A program made the translations under genes and the position numbers. A DNA stretch of 64,000 bases, taken from IMG/VR virus record IMGVR_UViG_3300008108_000029. One strand, given 5' to 3'. The stretch's first letter is position 1. Each line of letters opens with the position of its first letter. Positions 27,616 through 37,000 of this stretch are shown piece by piece. This stretch comes from an uncultured virus (IMG/VR IMGVR_UViG_3300008108_000029). Its lineage: Duplodnaviria; Heunggongvirae; Uroviricota; Caudoviricetes. The notes below the pieces were generated by a model that saw nothing but the letters and a program-made list of their open reading frames with translations, made no database searches and was not told the DNA's origin.

Positions 27616-30379
27616 TCTATTAGCACCTAACGGAAAGCCGAGTAATTTAACTCCTGAACAATACAGTTTAGTAAGAACTGCTGAATTTAAGGAATGGTTC
27701 GGAGATTGGGAAAAACTTGCCTACGCAAAAATGAAAGATGCTGCTATGGATGAAGTTACTCTTGCAAACTTATCAAAAAATGTGTCAGACGTTTTAGATT
27801 CAAACGGAGAGCCATTAGTTGTGTATAGAGGTCAAGTTGTAGATGAGCATTTAGGTTATACGTTTCAAAAAGGACTAAACATATTACGAAAGCCATATAA
27901 AAATGAATTTGGTTTTTTCTTTAGTAAAGATAAAGTTTTAGCAGAAGGTTATGCAGATTATCCGAGCAAGGGCAAAATAGGTTATGTTTTAGAAGTGTTT
28001 TTATTTGCTAAAACTCTTGATTTAAGACCTTTGGGATTAAAGTATAAAAGTGGAATAGATTTCGTTGAATATTTGGAAAGTAAAGGTGTAGTTTTTAGTG
28101 ATGAAAACAGAAATAACCTAATAAACATACAAAACCTATATGATATTGGTATGGCTACGGGCTATCAATATGATGTGTGGGATATATTTGACTTGATGCC
28201 TGAAATTAATCAAGATTTAATTAATTCAGGATATACGGCAGTTTTATTCTTTGAAAAAAGACCATCAACATTTGGGGAAGTTGAACAGTATGCTGTTTTC
28301 AATAGTAATCAAATAAAACTTGCCGATGGAACAAACACGACATTTGATAGCAATAACCCTGATATTAGATATGAAATGGGAGGAAAAATAAAAAAAGGTA
28401 AAGGCGATTGCTACTATGTTGCAGGTCAATTCGCTATGGGAGCATTATCCCCAAAAAAAATTAAATACATAGGAACACCTTATATTGTTCACGCAGAAGT
28501 TCAGGGACAAGGCAAAGTATCAGACATAAGATATGGACACGCTTGGGTAGAAGATGATGAACTCATTTATGATTTCTCAAATAATAGAGAGATTGTTTTC
28601 CCAAAACAACTATACTATGCGATTGGAGATATTAAAACTGATAACCCAAAAAAGTATAGAAAATACACTTTTGACGAAGCGAGAAAAAAGATGGTAGAAA
28701 CAAAACACTACGGCTGTTGGGATTTGGAAGTTGATTATGCCGAAGGTGGAGAAATAACAGAGCAGGAAAAACAAGAAAACCTTAATAAGTTTATTGATAG
28801 CAGTTTATTTACTGATAACAGTTTTAGTTATAGGACAGGCAAAGCAGAACTTGAATCCGTGCCTAAAATTTATTTTCACGAAACTTTAAAAAGTAATTTA
28901 AAAGATATAGAAGAAAATGGATTTGATACCAATATTGTAATATCAAGAGGTAATGATAACCTAATGCCTAATGGTATTTTCTTAAAAAATACTGATAAAG
29001 AAATCGGAGTTGGTGGAAGTGGTGATAAGATACAAATTCCTGTTTACGTTAGTGTAAAATGGGAGAAGGTAAATTTTTTTGAAGATAGGGATGAACTTTA
29101 TGAATTTGCAGTAAACAAGAACCCTGATTTTCATAGTGCTTATTGGGCTGTTGAAAACTATGATAAAAAAATGTCAAAGTTTTTTGATGAATTTTTTGAT
29201 TACCGAAATTACTTTAGCAATTACGAAAGAGGAACTGACGCTTACAAAAAAAGATTACAGCAATTCTCTGATGAAACAGAAGAATACTTGAGGGAATGGG
29301 ATATTGAACTTAAAAGATTATCAGCCATATCAAGAGAAATTACTACTGAAATATTTACAAGTTTAGGTATAGAGGCAATAGTAATTAGAAATGATACGGG
29401 AAGTTTCGGTAGAAAAGTTTGGACTTTAGTTGTTTTGAATCCATATAAAATAAAAGCAGTTAATAACATAGGAACTTTTGATGAAACAAAAAAGGGAATT
29501 AAATACGAAGTTGGAGGTAACGTAGTAACCGAAGAAAACAAGAATACTGTCGTTCCAACATTCGTAGATAATGAAAACAAATTACAGGAAAGCAAAAAAA
29601 TAAAAAATCCAATCTCAAAATATACAGATGTTATAAAATCACATCTTAAAATAACAACCTATGCACACGATTGGAAATTTTATGATAAGCCCAATGCTGT
29701 TAATTCATTACTTGATTTTTTCAAAATTCCAATTAGAGTTAAAAAGAATGTAGGGGAAGGTTCTTATGGAGTTGCTTTTTTGACTGATAAAAAAACTGTC
29801 TTAAAAATAACTAACAACGCAAACGAAGCATACTCAAGTTTTGTTATTATGAAAAACAGGGGTAAACTGAAAACACAGGCAGACGTTTACAATGTTTTTA
29901 AAATTACAAACGGAGAAGAATCTTTATATCTTATTGAAAAACAGTTTATACCTGAAATATTCTATGATATTTTGCTAAACATAGATAAAGACATATCTCA
30001 AACGGGAAATATATATCAAAAGTATTTGGATGAGGTTTTCCATCAATGTTTTTATTATAGTGAAAACGAACAATTTTATGAAATGAAAGAATATGATGTT
30101 GAAAAATTGTTTTTAATCAAAAAAGGATTTATAGAAGATGAACTACAAGATGATTCTCCTTACATAAAACTTTTAACAAAAAAAGACGAACAAGTTATTG
30201 ATTATGCAAAAAGTATTAAACAATTTTTCATTGATTTACAGAAAGATGAAAAAACTACTAATATAGATTTTGCAGATATTCATTCAGGCAACGCAGGTTT
30301 TATTGATAAAAAATTTGTTTGTTTTGATTGTGCTATGGGAGATATTTCTTTATTTCAAGATGGTGGAAAGTTGAAATAA
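27608..30379 (+). CDS. Polyvalent protein D: ART-PolyVal-like, transglutaminase/papain-like, ART-like and protein-kinase-like domains
   Basis: GDCY...HAWVE...YD; FHET...ENGF...GIFL; GEGSYG...VLKIT...DIHSGN...FD. Confidence 0.8.
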   Translation: MLNLLAPNGKPSNLTPEQYSLVRTAEFKEWFGDWEKLAYAKMKDAAMDEVTLANLSKNVSDVLDSNGEPLVVYRGQVVDEHLGYTFQKGLNILRKPYKNEFGFFFSKDKVLAEGYADYPSKGKIGYVLEVFLFAKTLDLRPLGLKYKSGIDFVEYLESKGVVFSDENRNNLINIQNLYDIGMATGYQYDVWDIFDLMPEINQDLINSGYTAVLFFEKRPSTFGEVEQYAVFNSNQIKLADGTNTTFDSNNPDIRYEMGGKIKKGKGDCYYVAGQFAMGALSPKKIKYIGTPYIVHAEVQGQGKVSDIRYGHAWVEDDELIYDFSNNREIVFPKQLYYAIGDIKTDNPKKYRKYTFDEARKKMVETKHYGCWDLEVDYAEGGEITEQEKQENLNKFIDSSLFTDNSFSYRTGKAELESVPKIYFHETLKSNLKDIEENGFDTNIVISRGNDNLMPNGIFLKNTDKEIGVGGSGDKIQIPVYVSVKWEKVNFFEDRDELYEFAVNKNPDFHSAYWAVENYDKKMSKFFDEFFDYRNYFSNYERGTDAYKKRLQQFSDETEEYLREWDIELKRLSAISREITTEIFTSLGIEAIVIRNDTGSFGRKVWTLVVLNPYKIKAVNNIGTFDETKKGIKYEVGGNVVTEENKNTVVPTFVDNENKLQESKKIKNPISKYTDVIKSHLKITTYAHDWKFYDKPNAVNSLLDFFKIPIRVKKNVGEGSYGVAFLTDKKTVLKITNNANEAYSSFVIMKNRGKLKTQADVYNVFKITNGEESLYLIEKQFIPEIFYDILLNIDKDISQTGNIYQKYLDEVFHQCFYYSENEQFYEMKEYDVEKLFLIKKGFIEDELQDDSPYIKLLTKKDEQVIDYAKSIKQFFIDLQKDEKTTNIDFADIHSGNAGFIDKKFVCFDCAMGDISLFQDGGKLK

Positions 30380-30420
30380 AAAATTGCCTATGAGTTGTAT
30401 TTATTTTAAATTTGCTAACA

Positions 30421-33408
30421 ATGACAACAAAAAAACTTTGCCCAAGAGGGACTAAAATTCAATCACTAATCTTTTCAAAAGATAAGTTTAATACTAAATC
30501 AGCAAAAAGTTGGGCTGAAAAACATAAATTCAAATTTGGTAAAGTTGATGAAACAACAAATAACTTACGAATTAGACAACATAGCCCTACTAATTTTCTG
30601 AAAACAAGTTTTAGAACTATTGGTATAACAAACGGAATAAAAGCAGTAATTGGCTGTCCTGTTAAAAAAATGGAATCGGGTGGATTTTTGGAACTATTAG
30701 ATTCAAAAGTAATAAACGATAGTTGCGTAGTAGAAACGATAGGTGTTATCAATGACTATTCACCGTTAGAATGGTGGTTTATTGATGACTACAATTATAA
30801 TCTTGTTATATATTTTGAGGAATCTTTTACGGCAAACGATATTGATAATATACAAGATATTTTAAATCAATTTGAATTATGCCACGACATCATTACTCCT
30901 GAAATTAATTTGCAGTATGACAAAGAGGGCAAAATAATATACATTCCCCTACTTACAAATGAATTTACTGTTGGTAAATATGAAGATGGGGGTAAGGTTA
31001 ATTTGTATGCTGACCTTACAAATGACGAGGTGTTGAGAAATTACAATAAGTTAATGTATGAGTATCAGAAAATTTCAAGCCGTGATGAAAATTGGGCAAA
31101 GGATAAAAAAGACATTTATTTAAAATTGATAGCAAACTATAAATTAGCACTTGAAATGAGGGGAGTTATGAGTGATGGTGGAAATATTGAAAGTCAGTAT
31201 TCAATAGAAAACATACTAAATATTAGTGGTGTTCCTGAAAAAGATAGAGAAAAACTAATCAATGATTTCAGAGCATCAGGTTATGGTGATACCTACGAAC
31301 TTATCGGGGATTTCCCTAATGAGTTACCTCTTGAACAAAAAGTTTGGGTTACTGCTACAAACATAGAAGAAAAAGTTAATGACTTCAAAGATGGTGAAAA
31401 TACATTTTTAGAAGCGACACTAATTGCAGAAGCAATACATTCTATTTATGAGAATGAGGAAATAGTATCTGAAGAAACCGAAGAAGAAGAAACTAAAGAA
31501 GAAATTGAACAAGCACCTGAAAAAACAGAAGATGATAATGCAACACAATCACATGAAATTGATGATTCTGAAGTAACGGAGTTAGTAGAAAATGTTTATG
31601 CAGAATTTCTAAAATTAAAAAATGATGAAATTTTCGTGGCTTTTCTAAACGAGTTAAAAAATCAAGAAATATTTGGACAACCATATAAATATCATATAGA
31701 GAAATTTAGGGGAAATGGTGGCGTTCAGATTTATGTATTTAATCCACTAACTCTAAAGTTTACTGATGTTCCTGCTTATAAAATGGCAAACGGAAAATAT
31801 GCTAATAAAAGATTTCTTAATATTCCTGACAAAGAACTTGTTACATTTGAAGAATACGCAGAAGGAAATTGGAAAGATTTTAATGATAATATAATTTTAA
31901 ATAACATAAAATCATTATTAAAACAATTTAAAGAAGATAAAAATTATATTGGCGTTGAAAAAACGGCATCTTATTATCTTTTACCTGAACACAAGCAAGA
32001 ATTTATTGATTTTGCTATTAGTCAAGGATACACCAACATTGCTTATTACGATGGAAAATATTTTGAAGCAGGTGGAGAAGTTCTAATAGGAGGTAAAGCA
32101 GATAATATGTCGCTTGACGATATTGCTGATATGCACGGAGTTCCACTTGAACAGATTTTGAGGCAATCAAGAATAGGTTTAAAAGTAGAAAGAGAGCATA
32201 CAAGCGATATGAATAAGGTTATTGAAATCGTTAAAGACCATTTATACGAAAGTCCTTTATACTATACTAAACTTCAGAAAATTGAAAGTTCTTTTGAAAC
32301 GGGAGGCACAATAGGCGACTTATATCTTGATGTTCCGAGTGAAAATAATGATATGTTCAAACTTTATGCTACATCTGAAATAAGAGGTTTCAGTTTTAAA
32401 AGTGGAATTGAAAACAATGGAAGTTTCAGATACGTTTTCACGAGTGAAAGAGATTTAGATAAGGCAATAGGTATTCTTTTAAGATTACAAAATGGAAGGG
32501 GAAATATGCCGACTAACTTGAATCAGTTAAAGAAAATGTTACAGGTTGGCTCTCTTTTAAAATTGACTTATAACAGAGTTAGACCCGACAGAGTAGGGAA
32601 AATTTTTGTTGTAGCAAAAGTTCAATCTAATGGAATTTGGCTAATTGAAGGTGTTACTGTTCCTAATGATGTTGATTTCAAAAAAGCAATTTGGTTAGAG
32701 TATCCTAAAACAGATGAGATTTTATTCAACGTATTAGGTTTTTCAATTTATGGTAAAAACATATTAAATAAAGGCACTATTAATTGGACATCAGAATATG
32801 TAAAAATGCTTTCTTACGAATATATTTTAGGGGAGCAGATTGATATAGCAAAAGCAACATACACACCTACCGAGCAGATTGATGATACTTATGTAAAAAA
32901 TCAAGCATATTTAAGAACTGTATATGTTAATGAATTAATCAACTTGATTGATGATATTCAAACTTATAAAATGGGTGGTGGCGTAAAACCTGAATATTTT
33001 AATCTCAACAAAAAAATTGACAAAGATAAATTACTGACGGTAAGTTGCTTTATCAAATCAAAAGATACAAACAAGAGTTTATATGTTCGTAGAGCAGAAG
33101 GCGACCATATTGGTTATTGGAGTTTAGTGAGTGGAACAGTTGAAAAAGGCGAGTTTCCTGAAGATGCAATCAAGAGAGAAATTCAAGAGGAATTACAAGT
33201 TAAACTTGATTTTTCAAACTTGATTTATGTCGCACAAACACCTTCTCCATACGGTGTTCATTACTATTACGAACTGACTGTAAATGAGGAATTTGAACCT
33301 AATCTTAACGAAGAAAATGACAAGTTTGCTTGGTTACATTACGGCAAAATGCCTAAACAGACACATCCTCTGTTAATCAAGTTTATGAAATCAAATGTAA
33401 TGGCTTGA
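30421..33408 (+). CDS. Polyvalent protein E: basic N-terminal domain, unknown domains, DUF5661-like domain, Nudix hydrolase
   Basis: GLKVEREHT...IVKDHLYE.P.YY.KL; GTVEKGE.PEDAIKREIQEEL; TAAATTTG 30407-30414. Confidence 0.8.
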   Translation: MTTKKLCPRGTKIQSLIFSKDKFNTKSAKSWAEKHKFKFGKVDETTNNLRIRQHSPTNFLKTSFRTIGITNGIKAVIGCPVKKMESGGFLELLDSKVINDSCVVETIGVINDYSPLEWWFIDDYNYNLVIYFEESFTANDIDNIQDILNQFELCHDIITPEINLQYDKEGKIIYIPLLTNEFTVGKYEDGGKVNLYADLTNDEVLRNYNKLMYEYQKISSRDENWAKDKKDIYLKLIANYKLALEMRGVMSDGGNIESQYSIENILNISGVPEKDREKLINDFRASGYGDTYELIGDFPNELPLEQKVWVTATNIEEKVNDFKDGENTFLEATLIAEAIHSIYENEEIVSEETEEEETKEEIEQAPEKTEDDNATQSHEIDDSEVTELVENVYAEFLKLKNDEIFVAFLNELKNQEIFGQPYKYHIEKFRGNGGVQIYVFNPLTLKFTDVPAYKMANGKYANKRFLNIPDKELVTFEEYAEGNWKDFNDNIILNNIKSLLKQFKEDKNYIGVEKTASYYLLPEHKQEFIDFAISQGYTNIAYYDGKYFEAGGEVLIGGKADNMSLDDIADMHGVPLEQILRQSRIGLKVEREHTSDMNKVIEIVKDHLYESPLYYTKLQKIESSFETGGTIGDLYLDVPSENNDMFKLYATSEIRGFSFKSGIENNGSFRYVFTSERDLDKAIGILLRLQNGRGNMPTNLNQLKKMLQVGSLLKLTYNRVRPDRVGKIFVVAKVQSNGIWLIEGVTVPNDVDFKKAIWLEYPKTDEILFNVLGFSIYGKNILNKGTINWTSEYVKMLSYEYILGEQIDIAKATYTPTEQIDDTYVKNQAYLRTVYVNELINLIDDIQTYKMGGGVKPEYFNLNKKIDKDKLLTVSCFIKSKDTNKSLYVRRAEGDHIGYWSLVSGTVEKGEFPEDAIKREIQEELQVKLDFSNLIYVAQTPSPYGVHYYYELTVNEEFEPNLNEENDKFAWLHYGKMPKQTHPLLIKFMKSNVMA

Positions 33409-33519
33409 TTAATAGTGTATTAAATGTTTTTTTGATAAGTTTGAATAACTTTGAATAATCAAAATAAAAAGTTATTCAATAAATATTATATTTGTAGAAA
33501 ATAAATCAAGTAATCAAGT

Positions 33520-34029
33520 ATGTATTTTAATAATCCTCAAATCTTACAAGGCGATACCGATATAATAATTGGTGCTGTTAATTGTGGAGATAGAAAAGAA
33601 ATTACTTTCCTGAATTATATGAATCTTGTTTCTCAAAATCTTGAATATCATATTGAGGTTTATATTGAGAATTTAAAAGGTAAAGATGTGTCCCGTGAAA
33701 GAGCATTGAAATTAACTGCCGATAGAATTTTTAATACATTAGAAGGATACTATGTTAAATATCCAACGAATGAGCAAGAACTTACCGAATATCTTATGGA
33801 AACAAGATATTTTGAAATGTGGGCATCAGACATATTGATAAGATTTAAAAATACTCATAAAGGAAAAGTTACGATGGAAACTAAAATCCCATCAGTTGTA
33901 GATAATGGTATTGAAGAATCAGAAATCAAAGAGGTTTTATCAGAAGTTGATTTTCTAACAATACTGCAAAAATTATCTATGTATGCAGATATTGGAAACC
34001 CAACAGTTGATTGGATTACAAACGGCTAA
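33520..34029 (+). CDS. Hypothetical protein
   Basis: 169 aa; TATATTTG box at 33487-33494. Confidence 0.7.
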   Translation: MYFNNPQILQGDTDIIIGAVNCGDRKEITFLNYMNLVSQNLEYHIEVYIENLKGKDVSRERALKLTADRIFNTLEGYYVKYPTNEQELTEYLMETRYFEMWASDILIRFKNTHKGKVTMETKIPSVVDNGIEESEIKEVLSEVDFLTILQKLSMYADIGNPTVDWITNG

Positions 34030-34043
34030 TAAATATTTTTAAA

Positions 34044-37000
34044 ATGAGCAACCCTACCGAACAAATATTAAAACAAGCACAGAAATTTGAAGGTGATTTG
34101 TCGCAAAAAAATTTGCAAAAAGACCACGAAGGCGAAATAGAAGAAATACAGAACTGTATTGAAGATGACGAAGAAGAAGAAGGTGTAGCCAAAAATGTTG
34201 GAGAGCAAGATGATAGAGTTATCAAATATATCAAAACTCCAAATTTTACAGATTGTGGTTCAGCAAACTCACAATTACCAATAGGTTTTGCAAATGAAGC
34301 AATTACATTTTTATCAAAACTTCGTTCAGAATTTGACTTTGTTGATTTCATCAAAGAAAAACTTAAATACAATTCACGAGTTGCTGTTTGTATGTCTTTT
34401 ATGTCAGAGCAAATTGATGCTTTGGTTCTTGCTATAAAACAATTTGAATCAGGTAAAGCATTGATTCTTGGTGATATGGCAGGTATGGGTAAGGGTCGTG
34501 TAGTTGCAGGTGTATTAAGATATGCTTATGTAAATAAGTTAATTCCTATTTTCATTACTGAAAAAGAAAATTTATTTTCAGAAATGTATAAAGATATGCT
34601 TGATATAGGTGGATTTGGAATGAGGGGTGGAAACATTATAAATCCTAAACCTCTTATATTAAGACCAAGAGATAATAAAAAAATTTATGATGAAGATGGA
34701 AATTATATTAGAACAGTTTTTGTAAATGCGTTGAGGGATGATGAGAATAATGAATACGACACTACTCAACCTTTACCTGCATGGGAAAATAAAAAGCAGG
34801 GCTTAAAATCACTTAACAGAATTATTTTGGAAAATGATGATTTTCCGATAACAAATTATGGTTCTGAATTTGAATTTAACTGTATATTTTTAAATTATGA
34901 TGTAATTGGTAAATCTAAAAGTGAAGTAGGTAACAAAAAAAGATATTTATTAAGAGATATTGCTCCTAAATCAATTTTCGTTTTTGATGAATGTCATAAC
35001 GCAACAGGTAAATCAAAAATTGGAGAATGGTCAAGAACTTATGTAGCAGAAGCAAAAGGAGTTATGTTCAGTTCTGCGACTTTTGCTAAAAATCCTGAAT
35101 CTTTCCCACTTTATATTATCAAAACTTCAATGTCGGAAGCGCAAATTGACGTTACTTCTCTTGAAGCAGCAATAGGTGTTGGTGGCGAAAATGTTTCTGA
35201 ATATATTTCATCTGTTTTAGTTAAGGAAGGTCAGATGATTCGTAGAGATAGAGATTTTTCAGGATGCACAGTAGGAACTATTTATGATGGCTATAACATT
35301 AGAAATCCAATAGAAAAAGAAAGACGTAAAGATGAAATTTACAGAATCTTTAATTCCTGCGTTAAACAATTTGCTGACGTATATAATTATAGCAAACAAC
35401 CTGCATTTAAAGAAGCAATAAATTTTGCTATATCAAGATTATCTCAACAGTTGGCAGATGATGAGGGTATGGAAATGGCTGATTCTATTGTTGTAAATGG
35501 AGTAGTAAGGTCATACAATGATTTGAAAGTTGGAAATGCTGATGAGGATGATGAGTTAAGAAGTGAGAGAGCAAGTTATATTCGTCAAAATAGAAATAAA
35601 TGGGTTTTAGAAAGATTTGAAATTAATACGCTTAAACCGAATACTAAATTTCACTTTTCAGAAAATTTATTAAATGCTATAAAAACAAAGTTTGTTGCAG
35701 AATCAATAGTTGAAGAACTTAAAAGACAAGTTGAATACACTAATGTTGATGGCACTAAACAAATAACCAATAGAAAACCTGTAATTGCTTTAAGAGGAAC
35801 TGCTGAAAATGCAATAGATAGAATTATAAATTCAGGAATAGCAGAAGATTTAATGGAAAATGATTTTTCATTGTATTTGAGGGCTATTGTTTCGGGAGTA
35901 AAAGTTGGGAAAGCAACTTACAGAAAAGTAAATAATGATTTATTTGCTAAAAAAAGTGATTTAAGAGAAGTAGATAGAGAGCATATTGAAGAAGTTAGAA
36001 TGTATGAAATTTTAGATGAAGATTTACCTGATAATGGTCAAGTTCTGAATAATCTATTAGAACAAGTAAACTCATTCAATTCTGAAATGCCTTTATCTCC
36101 TATTGATTATATTATTGATACTATTGAATCTACACAAAGAGAATTGTGGGATTTGAGATATAATTTCACGAGCAGAACAAAATATAAAGTTAATGAAGTA
36201 ACAGGAAGAAATTATGCTTTGAAAAAGCAAGATGACGGAATGTGGCTTTACACATCAAATGATAGGGTGAGGTCTGTTAAAACTGCTTTCAATATGTTCA
36301 ATTCAGGAACAGCAGATGTTTTAATCATTAATTCAAGTGGTTCTACGGGAGGAAGTATTCAAAGTTCAGAAAAATTCAAAGATAAAAGACAAAGGGTAAT
36401 GTTTATTACTCAAGTTGAATTAGATATTAATACAGAGGTTCAAAAAAGAGGTAGAATTAACAGAACAGGACAAGTAAATTATCCTGCATATATTTATGTA
36501 TTAAGTCAAGTGCCAAGTGAAATCAGAAAGTTTTTATCACTTGCGAGAAAATTAAGAAAGTTAGATGCTAATGTTTCTGCAAACCAAACTCAAAACAGTA
36601 ACATATTACAACTTTGTGATAAGAACGGAAGAAAAATTGAAGATTTCTTTAATACTTATGGCGAAGAAGCATTTAAAATATTTTTAGATAATGACGATAA
36701 TGATGAGTATAGAGATATTTATGCAAGAATGTTAAGTCGTTCTCAAACTTCTTTAACAGAGGAATATACACAAGAGGGAGAAAACACAAAAGCATTATTG
36801 CAACCTTACACAAGAGAGTTAGAAATAGAAACTTGCGACATACAGGAATTTTTCTATGATAGTATGAATACTATCTATAAAGATGTTGTAAAGCAGCATA
36901 AAAATAATAATACATTTCAACTTGAACTTGAAGTAGAAGATTTAAAAGCATCTTTAAGAACAAGGTTTGTTAAATCATTAAATAACGGAAACTCTGAATT

